A DNA stretch of 64,000 nucleotides. Origin: Arenicellales bacterium. GTDB taxonomy: Bacteria; Pseudomonadota; Gammaproteobacteria; Arenicellales; JAJDZL01. The notes beneath the pieces were generated by a model. That model was not told the origin of the DNA, did no database searches, and saw nothing but the letters and a program-made list of their open reading frames with translations. This document shows positions 19,284 to 27,378 of the stretch, piece by piece. Every line of letters begins with the position of its first letter. Positions within the stretch are counted from its first letter, which is position 1. The translations under genes were made by a program, and so were the position numbers. The stretch lies in NCBI GenBank assembly GCA_965205205.1, contig CBDBFX010000002.1, forward strand, positions 1,821,506 to 1,885,505, written 5' to 3'.

Positions 19284-20089
19284 TTTTCGGTCGGTCCCTG
19301 ATCTGGCAGGCCTGGTTCAATAACGAGAACGGAGTTGCTGCTGTAGAACTTGGCGATTAATGGGATGGGAGCGCTTCGATAGTGCTTGAGCAGTGCGCCA
19401 ACTGCGTCTACCAGTGTGCCGGCAAACGATGCAGGATGGGTGATGGCATAGTCGTGTCGAGTGCGCCATTCCAATGACCAGTCAGCTGACCGGGCCCAGT
19501 TATCCAGATTTTCCCTTAGCGTCAGAGATTTCTGTAGGGTCCATGTCGTCGGACTCGTTACGGTGGAGTCGGCGATGACTGGATCCGGGATTTCCGCGCT
19601 GTCTGATGACCCGATCAGGTCGCGGCTGATCTGAGGCTCCGGTATACCTGCCGAACTTTCAGTCGGGTGGACCGATTCAGTACCCGCGCGCTGGAACCAC
19701 AGAATGCGTTGACCTGGGTCTTCGTACAGCTGCCAGGGCTGTCCGACGATCGTTTCTATGGCGGTTTTTATATCCAGCGGTCCGATGGCGCGATGTGTCT
19801 GCGGAAGTGGCAGATTGAGAGTTGGCTGAATTTCTGCGGTCGCAACATGCCGATACCCGGAGCGATGCAGAATGTAGTCAATCGCGGCTCCCACCGTTTC
19901 GACGTGAGAAGGAAAACGGGTGTCAATGACCGCGGACAGCAGTTTCATCTGGCTGGAATCGGCGGCCAGCGAATGTAGAGAATAACGATTGACTCGCTGT
20001 ACATCTTTACCAGAGGCGATTTGCGAGTGGGCGATCAGAGCGATCGCGGCGACTGCGCCACCGCAGAATGTGAATCTCAATAATTTCAT
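19280..20089 (-). CDS. pilL: Conjugative transfer region protein PilL (TIGR03748-like)
   Basis: 269 aa with a signal peptide. The block RVNRYSLHSLAADSSQMKLLSAVIDTRFPSHVETVGAAIDYILHRSGY matches the recalled PilL N-terminal signature. It is the first gene of the pil block. Confidence 0.6.
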   Translation of the reverse strand: MKLLRFTFCGGAVAAIALIAHSQIASGKDVQRVNRYSLHSLAADSSQMKLLSAVIDTRFPSHVETVGAAIDYILHRSGYRHVATAEIQPTLNLPLPQTHRAIGPLDIKTAIETIVGQPWQLYEDPGQRILWFQRAGTESVHPTESSAGIPEPQISRDLIGSSDSAEIPDPVIADSTVTSPTTWTLQKSLTLRENLDNWARSADWSLEWRTRHDYAITHPASFAGTLVDAVGALLKHYRSAPIPLIAKFYSSNSVLVIEPGLPDQGPTEK

Positions 20090-20161
20090 TTGAGGGAGTA
20101 TGTACCAAGCTGAAGAAAAAACAACCGTTTAATTGAAAACCCGCCGAAATCAATTAAATTT

Positions 20162-21124
20162 CTAGATTTCATCGGTATCGAATCGTTCCGAATCACTGCC
20201 ATCCGATTGATCTACGAAATAATTCTCCAGGAGATAGTTTCGCGCCTTCCAGGCCGCGGCACTCGAAGCAAAGATCGCTTTATGGTCGTTCTCCAGGATA
20301 TTTACCCAATCAAGGACGTAGGATTCATGGTGCAGTTCGCCGAGTATGTGAAAGTCCGCACACAGAAACGCCGAGCCAATTTCAGCGATCAGTTCTTCCC
20401 GGGCGTAGCCAGCCGATCGAAAGGGATAGGGTTCGACGATGCCGATACGGTTCAATCTGTTCTTGTGGCCAGTCCAGTGAGTCAGTTCATGCATCAGTGT
20501 GCTGTAGTATCCACCGGTTGAATCGAAGGCGGCTTTGGGTGGCATGCAGATGACATCCGATTCAGGGAAGTAAGTGGCCGCTGAGCCAGTATGGCGGATT
20601 TTCGCACCGCAGCATCTGATCAGTTCGTCAGCGCGGCGATGGGATTGCCAGTCGTGTTTCCGCGTCTGTACAGGATGCTCGCCTGTAACAATCCTGTTCG
20701 GCAGTCCGGTGCACTGATGAACATTGAATAGAGTGAATGCGCGGGCGATCTTGTAGGTCTGGCAAAAGGGTTGGTTGTCCTCGTCGCCAGCTTCATTGGA
20801 GGTTGATTGACGGGTGACGTCGATTTTCTTGAACAGGACCGCAATGGTCCCCTTTTCTCCTTTGCGAACCGTGCCGCCAAGTTTTTTGGCCTGTCGGAAT
20901 GACAGCCAGCGATCGTATTCGTAGCCGTGGGTGATGGCGGCCGCCCAGAGAATCGTTACATTGACTCCGGTATACCGACGCTCAGTACCGGCGTTGACTG
21001 GAAAGCCCGGTGTGAGTGAACTTTCCGACCAGGGTTTTCGCCAGGGTGGCGCACCATTGTTCAGTGCGTCGATAAAAACTTTGGTAACTTTGGTAAATAC
21101 GCTTTGGGAATGGGTAGAAGTCAT
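20162..21124 (-). CDS. ardC: ArdC-like antirestriction protein (ssDNA-binding N-domain plus zincin metalloprotease domain)
   Basis: 320 aa. The N-terminal motif is ALNNGAPPWRKPW (DUF1738-type) and the C-terminal domain has the HELTHWTGH zinc motif. Confidence 0.85.
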   Translation of the reverse strand: MTSTHSQSVFTKVTKVFIDALNNGAPPWRKPWSESSLTPGFPVNAGTERRYTGVNVTILWAAAITHGYEYDRWLSFRQAKKLGGTVRKGEKGTIAVLFKKIDVTRQSTSNEAGDEDNQPFCQTYKIARAFTLFNVHQCTGLPNRIVTGEHPVQTRKHDWQSHRRADELIRCCGAKIRHTGSAATYFPESDVICMPPKAAFDSTGGYYSTLMHELTHWTGHKNRLNRIGIVEPYPFRSAGYAREELIAEIGSAFLCADFHILGELHHESYVLDWVNILENDHKAIFASSAAAWKARNYLLENYFVDQSDGSDSERFDTDEI

Positions 21125-21278
21125 TTCATATTTTCCGTTCGATGGTTGAATTTGCGATCAAAAAATAATTTGATCTGCAACCAATTCGGTCAAAAAACTG
21201 AAAATCGGTTTGGTGGTCATTTCGTCGACCCGGCGACTCAATGACTCGGTCGCGGCGACCGGTGGGAAGTTTTGCCGC

Positions 21279-21299
21279 GCTGGCGGCTGGGATTCGAAC
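21279..21299 (-). other. tRNA 3'-end-like 21-mer (T-loop, T-stem and acceptor arm), possible att-type remnant
   Basis: The minus strand reads GTTCGAATCCCAGCCGCCAGC, which parses as a TTCGAAT T-loop, a 5-nt stem half and a 7-nt acceptor half. The 5' T-stem partner and the rest of a tRNA are absent. Confidence 0.3.
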
Positions 21300-21321
21300 T
21301 ATAGAAAGCAGAACATTGGCA

Positions 21322-22596
21322 TCAGCTGCTGTTCTTCATTGCGCGCTCCAATGTTCGCTGCTCATATCTTCGTCGAACTTCGTCGAGCAGTTCTCGGTTG
21401 GTTTCGCCCTCGGTCCGCTGCTCGTATACAAGTTCCGCATTTTCGATTTGAAACTGTCCATTCTCTTTCAGCCCGATTCCGTTCTCTATGAGTCGTTTAC
21501 AGTAGGTTGACATCAGTGAGACCGGATTCCAGACTGGCGTGCACTTCTTGGCCAATCCCGCTTTGATTCGACCGTCAAGTTCATCTAGGAGAAGTTGGTG
21601 CCAGGATTGCCATGGCTTTGGAACTTCCGGCAGATGATCGGGTAGGCGTTTCAGGTTGAGTTCAATCAGCTGCTTCTGGTTCTCCGTTACCGAATCCGGA
21701 AACACCAGATGAACGTCAGGCTTTGAATTTTCCTGACCGTTCATTTTGTGGTAGTGGTTATTTTTTACTACTTCCTTACTACTACTAGTATTACTTGACA
21801 GGTGGTCAGTGCGAACTGGGCTGGCAGTCTGATCTTCATCCAGGTTATTGATATTGCCGTAGTTCATCTCGTGAACTACGGTGTTTTTCAACGAACTGCC
21901 GTGGCATAGACCGTCTGCATTGCCATATTGAGATTCGGCGTCTGCGAGATTGGGATAGCTGCCGAAGAAACTGTTTTCGGTATCGCCACTGACAGCCATC
22001 CAGGCTTCCGCCCGTCTTTCAAATGGGTGTTTGTGCTCCATGACATTCTGCCCCAATTCGATTTCGTGGCGCAGTGAGCTCAGGATCAGCTCGGCTATTT
22101 TCCGTACGTCTGAATTCCGGTGTTTTCGGCAGTCGTTCACATATCCCATGTAATTGGTGTCCAACGCGAACGTATCTGTCAAATTCAAAGGTTCGCCATG
22201 CACCATATAGATGTTGCCGTCGCGAACAAATTGGCCGGATTCATCGCGTTCCCGTTCCCGAGACAGCAGCGTTATCCAGCGTGTCATGCGCAGTTTTGCT
22301 ATGGAACTGGAAACGGTTCCCCGCGAAATGCTGAGCAGCGACTGAATTTCGCTGTAGCTGGGAAAGGAAGCCATTGACATATCCGGCGTACAACGGGATC
22401 GAATGGCGAGCCAGACCAGTTTGTCATAGGGGTTGAGTACCGGGTCAAAAATCAGAAGACGAGGATGGGAATCGTACCAGTTGTCCGTAAAGACCATGCC
22501 GGTCGAGGTGGAATCAATCTGGCGAAAGTTCTTCGCGGCGGAAAGAATTCTAGACAGATCGAGATCAATCGATTTGGATTCAGGTTTGTTCATCAT
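21322..22596 (-). CDS. STY4528-like genomic-island replication protein (winged-helix)
   Basis: 424 aa with the HTH-like segment SYSEIQSLLSISRGTVSSSIAKLRMTRWITLL. It follows the parB and DUF2857-like genes, as in SPI-7/PAPI-1-type islands. Confidence 0.5.
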   Translation of the reverse strand: MMNKPESKSIDLDLSRILSAAKNFRQIDSTSTGMVFTDNWYDSHPRLLIFDPVLNPYDKLVWLAIRSRCTPDMSMASFPSYSEIQSLLSISRGTVSSSIAKLRMTRWITLLSRERERDESGQFVRDGNIYMVHGEPLNLTDTFALDTNYMGYVNDCRKHRNSDVRKIAELILSSLRHEIELGQNVMEHKHPFERRAEAWMAVSGDTENSFFGSYPNLADAESQYGNADGLCHGSSLKNTVVHEMNYGNINNLDEDQTASPVRTDHLSSNTSSSKEVVKNNHYHKMNGQENSKPDVHLVFPDSVTENQKQLIELNLKRLPDHLPEVPKPWQSWHQLLLDELDGRIKAGLAKKCTPVWNPVSLMSTYCKRLIENGIGLKENGQFQIENAELVYEQRTEGETNRELLDEVRRRYEQRTLERAMKNSS

Positions 22597-22711
22597 GGAC
22601 TTCGCATCAGGTCAATCAATATTCGGAGTCGCGTTCGCTCACAGCCGCCGCCGCCGAAGGGTATGGACGATTGTGGGAGATAGATCGGACTCGGCACTGA
22701 GAAATTGGCTG

Positions 22712-23284
22712 CTATTTGAGTGAGCCATCACTTTCCCACTCTTGGATCAGGATCCAGATCGTTCGAAGCGAAACCTCACGCTTTAGCGAATTGAAGATAT
22801 CCAGAAATTCTTGGGGTCCAAGGCTGGTCGAGTTCTGTAAGGTTTTTTCTACTGCTTTCCAGACGGTTTTCTCAACTTCTACAGTCGGTTGGGGAGGGCG
22901 GCCTGAAGGTATGGCAAGAGCCGGCAACCCCATTTGTATTCGCTTGATTCTGAATTGTTTGTTGCTGATGCCGGCGAGCGAATACATCAGTTTTGGTGGC
23001 GCATCACATCTGATCAGTTCATTGATCACTCCTTCCTTTGCCCTTTCCTTGAGAATGTAGTCAATCATCCGCCAGTAAATCTTGCAATTCAGTTTGATGG
23101 TCAGGAAGTGCGATTTCATTGATGCCAGACGTAATGTGTCGGCGGATGAGAGTGAGCTCAGGGCGCGAATCTCGCTTGGACCAAACCCCATTTCATAGAG
23201 TGCGTCGTAATCGCCTTCTTCCTCGCAGCGGTGGAAGAAAACCACAATTGATTTGATCAGTTCAGCTTCTTTGTTTAGGGACAT
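22712..23284 (-). CDS. DUF2857 / STY4526-like island protein
   Basis: The ATG at 23284 has GAGGAA 7 nt upstream, and the gene overlaps the parB end. The product is about 190 aa and sits directly downstream of the ICE parB. Assigned by synteny. Confidence 0.5.
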   Translation of the reverse strand: MSLNKEAELIKSIVVFFHRCEEEGDYDALYEMGFGPSEIRALSSLSSADTLRLASMKSHFLTIKLNCKIYWRMIDYILKERAKEGVINELIRCDAPPKLMYSLAGISNKQFRIKRIQMGLPALAIPSGRPPQPTVEVEKTVWKAVEKTLQNSTSLGPQEFLDIFNSLKREVSLRTIWILIQEWESDGSLK

Positions 23285-24971
23285 TTGATTTTCCTCTTCT
23301 GTTGGGCGGTTGAAAAATATGTACATTGTTTTCTGTCGCCAGTTGATGAATACTGTGATAGGTGTCTATCAGATCAAGCAAGCTGTTCCGGGTGTCATTG
23401 TCCAACTGTCTGAGACAGAAGCTGAACAATCTCAGATGTGGAACGTTGCATTTCATCTTTCCTTTCGCATGGAAAGACAGTGATTTAATATCACCCGATT
23501 TAATGAAATGGATCAGACCCGTGTTACCGATCAGTTTCGCGGTGAATGGACGGGCGCATTCGACCGCCCATTGCAGATCAGAGAATTCCAGTAGCAGCCA
23601 CCATAGCGCGTCGCGGGTCGCAATCACACTGGGTGCCACGCGCTCGACGGGTGGTGGGTAGTCAGCAACAAGATAACCCATACCCCAATCACCGGTATTC
23701 AATACAATCCTTCGCTTCGTTTCAGGACTGTTCAGGAATCTGTAGTTTTTTGCGATTCGCGATGCGGCCTTAAAGGCCGTCGTCTTCAGCTCTTTGAACC
23801 GCAGGTCCAGTGCAGTCTGCTGAGATGACAGGGCAGCTGTTGCGGGTGATGGCTTATCAGGCCGTGGCCGATTGCTCTGATTCTCCCGCGTTGATGGTAC
23901 ATCTTGAGACTCTTCTGTTATTCCGGTCGACCGTTTGTCATCATGAATTGGAACGTTAGTCTCAGTTGATATATTGTCTGATGCAGTGTCGACTTCGGGC
24001 TTAACTTCGACAGGCCCGGGATGAAGAAGCTGATGCTGTTCGAGCTTGACCAATTCGGGATAGATTCTGTCGAAAGATTCCTCTAGCGGAACAGGCGACA
24101 GATTGAGATATCCATCCAGTCGCAGTGAGACATCCTGAATTGAAGCTGTAACTTCGGCGGTCAGGTTCGCTTCCAATGAACGGCGGAACGTTTTGTAATT
24201 CCATTCTGATTCTGGGAAATCGATTAGGGACTGCTTGAACAGTTGGTTGGCTTCGTTTTCTGATTTGTCGAATTCCTTACACACACTGGTAAACGCCTTT
24301 TGGATTTTGCGCAGATTCTGAATGGGTCTGCGTCCCATCGTTTCACAGGCATCTGATGACAGGTAGGGCTCCACCATGTCGGAAGCATAAAGCATGATGG
24401 AAAGTGAACTCAGCGTCAGACTGTAACCTTTTGCGATGAGCCTTGTGTGACATTCGCGGATTGACAATTCCTCATTTTCTTCTGACTCAATCTGTAGCAG
24501 GTCGATAGCGGACTTTATTCCAGCAGATTTATCAATGAAACACAATGATTTTCGCATCTCGTTTTCCTGTAGATGACCAATGACGGCATCGGACTCATTA
24601 CCGGACCAGGGAATAAAGGAACACTCAACGAATCTGAATCTGTGATCTCCGGTTTCAGCAAACAGTTCTTTAATCGCTTTCAATCTTGTATTGCCTCCTT
24701 TGTAGACAATGAAATCGTCTTTATCAGGACGACGGGTCACAACGAGTGGCTGATTGAGCCCATCTTTGAAGATTGATTCTTTAATCTTGCCATAGTTAGG
24801 ATTGTTGCGCCTGCGCGGATTGTTTTCGTATGGCTGAACGCGGGATATCGGAAGATAAACCAATGCCCGCTCGTTCAGTGAGTTCAGAGCTGTCGCATTG
24901 CGCGAAGTTTTGGTGCCAAGGCTGGTTGACCGTATTGGATTGACTTTTTCGGCTAACGAATGGTCTTGCAA
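23262..24971 (-). CDS. parB: ICE ParB-family protein (PFGI-1 class, TIGR03764-like)
   Basis: 569 aa. The N-terminal ParB/Srx box reads LPISRVQPYENNPRRRNNPNYGKIKESIFKDGLNQPLVVTRRPDKDDFIVYKGGNTRLKAIKEL. The long C-terminal extension is typical of the ICE class. The ORF-track start is TTG. Confidence 0.85.
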   Translation of the reverse strand: MQDHSLAEKVNPIRSTSLGTKTSRNATALNSLNERALVYLPISRVQPYENNPRRRNNPNYGKIKESIFKDGLNQPLVVTRRPDKDDFIVYKGGNTRLKAIKELFAETGDHRFRFVECSFIPWSGNESDAVIGHLQENEMRKSLCFIDKSAGIKSAIDLLQIESEENEELSIRECHTRLIAKGYSLTLSSLSIMLYASDMVEPYLSSDACETMGRRPIQNLRKIQKAFTSVCKEFDKSENEANQLFKQSLIDFPESEWNYKTFRRSLEANLTAEVTASIQDVSLRLDGYLNLSPVPLEESFDRIYPELVKLEQHQLLHPGPVEVKPEVDTASDNISTETNVPIHDDKRSTGITEESQDVPSTRENQSNRPRPDKPSPATAALSSQQTALDLRFKELKTTAFKAASRIAKNYRFLNSPETKRRIVLNTGDWGMGYLVADYPPPVERVAPSVIATRDALWWLLLEFSDLQWAVECARPFTAKLIGNTGLIHFIKSGDIKSLSFHAKGKMKCNVPHLRLFSFCLRQLDNDTRNSLLDLIDTYHSIHQLATENNVHIFQPPNRRGKSNVPKQRS

Positions 24972-25021
24972 AGTTACACCTATTGCTGGATGAATGAAAT
25001 AAGAAAAGAGATGATCCTACA

Positions 25022-27028
25022 TCAAACAATTCGATTTGGTACCGCAGACTTTGATTTTTCGTCCGTATTTACAACCATCTGCACGGTTTTCAGTACGTCG
25101 TTGCAACTCATAAAACAGCGCGGCCCATTTGGTGGGAATTGGATTGTGGCTAGCATGTCGCGTGTACCAGACCGAATCCATGAGTCTGCCGAAAAATTGG
25201 TGTTTACCAGGTAAACACTGCAGAAATGCCTGTATTCCGAGGCGGGCTGACTCATTGGTTGGAGTGAAAATGGGGTGTTTACCAGGTAAACACTCAGGAA
25301 AAGTCTGATATTTGTGTTGGCGGATGGTCCGCGGCTCAGGTCGATCGCTCCTACAGACAGGTCTACAGCTGCGGATGCCATTGTCAGTAGTAAGTCTCGA
25401 ATATTTAGGAATAAGTGATGATGATGCCGTATCCCACCGCCACCGACCGACCATTCAGGCCGAGGTTGACAGTGATCGAAAGCAGTCCCAATTTGGACAT
25501 CAGAAGCTAATGGTGGACCGGGTGGAATGATGGTGCATGTTGAAATGTCGCGTGTTTCAGATCGAATCTTTGAATTTTCAGAAAAATGGGTGTTTACCAG
25601 GTAAACACTGCAGAAATGCCTGTATTCCGCGCCGGGCAGACTCATTGATCGGTGTGAAAATGGAGTGTTTACCAGGTAAACACTCAGGACAAGCCCGGTA
25701 TTTGTGTTGGTGGATGGCCCCTGGCTCGGGCTTGTCGGTCCTGTTGATCGGTCTCCAGCTGCGGATGCCAATGTCGGCGGCAAGTCTCGAATATTTAGGA
25801 ATAAGTGGTGATGATGTCGTGTCCCACCGCCACCGATCGACCGTTCAGGAAGAGGCTGACACCGGTCGAAAGCAGTCCCTATTTGGACATCAGAAGCCAA
25901 TGGTGGGCCGGGTGGAATGATGGTGCATGTTGAAATGTCGCGTGTGCCAGACCGAATCCCTGAGTTTTCAGAAAAACGGGTGTTTACCAGGTAAACACTG
26001 CAGAAAGGCCTGTATTCCGCGCCGCGCAGACTCATTGATCGGTGTGAAAATGGAGTGTTTACCAGGTAAACACTCAGGAAAAGCCCGGTATTTGTGTTGA
26101 TGGATGGCCCGCGGCTCGGGCTCGTCGGTCCTGTTGACCGGTCTCCAGCTGCGGATGCCAATATCGGCAGTAAGTCTCGAATATTTAGGAATAAGTGGTG
26201 ATGATGTCGTATCCCACCGCCACCGATCGACCGTTCAGGCAGAGGCTGACACCGGTCGAAAGCAGTCCCTATTTGGACATCAGAAGCCAATGGTGGGCCG
26301 GGTGGAATGATGATGTATGTTGAAATGTCGCGTGTGCCAGATCGAATCTCTGAATTTTCAGAAAAACGGGTGTTTACCAGGTAAACACCCCTGCAATGAC
26401 TGAATTTGGCACACGCGATCCCTCCAACATTCCAATTGAATGGTTGATTTGAACCGTAGTCAATTGTTAGACTCGCCTTAGCAGAATCAGTGGATTTCCC
26501 GTGCAGGATTTGAGCCATCGGCAGTAAACCTTGCCGTCGGGTCTTTGAAATTTGCTCAGGACTTATTTCTGGATGATGAAACAGGAAGATTAGAATCAAT
26601 GGTCTGAGCACACCGGTGCATTGAGGATGGAAGTCAATCTCAATGAAACGAACTGAAGTTGAATTTGGTGTGGAACTCAAGATTTTGCCGTGTTTTTTAT
26701 TAAGTTCTAAGAATGTCCGAGTGCACACATACCTGTCAGTTAAACGTTGATCCCGTTTGCTTTCTAGCAGGTGGACAGGCAGGTTGATACCGATTCGATC
26801 TGGCGAGTGGAAACAAAGATAGCGTTTGGTTGTGAAATGTATGCGTACAACGAAAATGGAACAGTATTTCTGTTCTGTCCCAAAAATGTAGAATCTGACC
26901 GGTGCATGGAGATTCAACAGCACAATGTACTCATTCAGTCTGTACTCAGCAGAGCGGATGACGGCAGAGTCGGCGAATGAGACTTCTGTCTCAAATTCAC
27001 GGTTGGTGGATATAATTACCATTGACAT
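25022..27028 (-). CDS. Doubtful 668-aa ORF: a unique AT-rich N-terminal part (about 27028-26400) read through the tandem array
   Basis: The frame stays open because 390 bp equals 130 codons. Unit-to-unit changes are mostly non-synonymous (11 or more aa changes from about 19 nt changes). Composition is odd (HHHH, many Cys) and no SD precedes the ATG. The unique part contains HSPDRIGINLPVHLLESK, a PD..ExK-like spacing. Confidence 0.2.
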   Translation of the reverse strand: MSMVIISTNREFETEVSFADSAVIRSAEYRLNEYIVLLNLHAPVRFYIFGTEQKYCSIFVVRIHFTTKRYLCFHSPDRIGINLPVHLLESKRDQRLTDRYVCTRTFLELNKKHGKILSSTPNSTSVRFIEIDFHPQCTGVLRPLILIFLFHHPEISPEQISKTRRQGLLPMAQILHGKSTDSAKASLTIDYGSNQPFNWNVGGIACAKFSHCRGVYLVNTRFSENSEIRSGTRDISTYIIIPPGPPLASDVQIGTAFDRCQPLPERSIGGGGIRHHHHLFLNIRDLLPILASAAGDRSTGPTSPSRGPSINTNTGLFLSVYLVNTPFSHRSMSLRGAEYRPFCSVYLVNTRFSENSGIRSGTRDISTCTIIPPGPPLASDVQIGTAFDRCQPLPERSIGGGGTRHHHHLFLNIRDLPPTLASAAGDRSTGPTSPSQGPSTNTNTGLVLSVYLVNTPFSHRSMSLPGAEYRHFCSVYLVNTHFSENSKIRSETRDISTCTIIPPGPPLASDVQIGTAFDHCQPRPEWSVGGGGIRHHHHLFLNIRDLLLTMASAAVDLSVGAIDLSRGPSANTNIRLFLSVYLVNTPFSLQPMSQPASEYRHFCSVYLVNTNFSADSWIRSGTRDMLATIQFPPNGPRCFMSCNDVLKTVQMVVNTDEKSKSAVPNRIV
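25125..26390. repeat. Tandem array, 390-bp unit x about 3.25, with seven identical 19-bp palindromes
   Basis: GTGTTTACCAGGTAAACAC (8-bp arms, CAG centre) starts at 25200, 25275, 25590, 25665, 25980, 26055 and 26370. That is a period of 390 bp with 75 bp within each pair. Units 2 and 3 differ at about 19 of 390 positions. Unit 1 is more diverged (7 of 56 in the inter-palindrome spacer), yet all palindromes are identical. Confidence 0.95.
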
Positions 27029-27285
27029 TAATTAATTTGTTGATCCAGATTGATGTCGATTTGTAGTCAAACAGAGAAAATTTGAGTCCCAATCAGTTTT
27101 TCTGAGACATCTTTTGCCAATTCTTGACTGTTCAAGAGTGGTTCTGCGGCTGGCATGAAAGGACTCGGTCAGGTGTCGCGAGACAACAGAAATTGGTGAT
27201 TGACCCCTCCTTTCTGCCGGTTGCTATTTCCGTTTATTGTCGGGATGGTGGTGAAGGAATACGCTTAAGCAGGAATCTTCCGAAA

Positions 27286-27335
27286 GCGTCATTTTGATTT
27301 TCAGCTTGCCGGCGCGAAAATCGGCTAAAGCGAAT
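27286..27335 (+). promoter_or_regulatory. Candidate SAM-II-like pseudoknot riboswitch in the metZ leader
   Basis: GATTTT (27296-27301) pairs with AAAATC (27317-27322). The loop contains AGCTTG and the 3' tail contains TAAAGC, which can pair with the loop GCTT. This is the H-type architecture recalled for SAM-II, and it sits 45 nt upstream of a methionine-biosynthesis gene. Confidence 0.35.
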
Positions 27336-27378
27336 GCTATTCGGTTTGCCGGTTGTAGTGCGCGGCTAGATATTCAGT

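Noticed and set aside
20100-20161. The hairpin TTAATTGA-N13-TCAATTAA followed by a T-rich run (minus strand) after ardC, as a terminator.
   Set aside because: The stem is entirely AT-rich and weak, and pilL starts immediately downstream in the same orientation. The evidence is not strong enough to call.
25312-26310. Repeated 68-127-aa plus-strand ORFs inside each repeat unit (25312..25530, 25537..25920, 26104..26310).
   Set aside because: They have no SD, their starts differ between units, and their extents are inconsistent from unit to unit. They are most likely by-products of the repeat.
25125-26390. Whether the repeat array is a CRISPR array.
   Set aside because: The whole 390-bp unit is repeated, so there are no unique spacers. 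The palindrome spacing alternates between 75 and 315 bp. No cas genes are present in the window.
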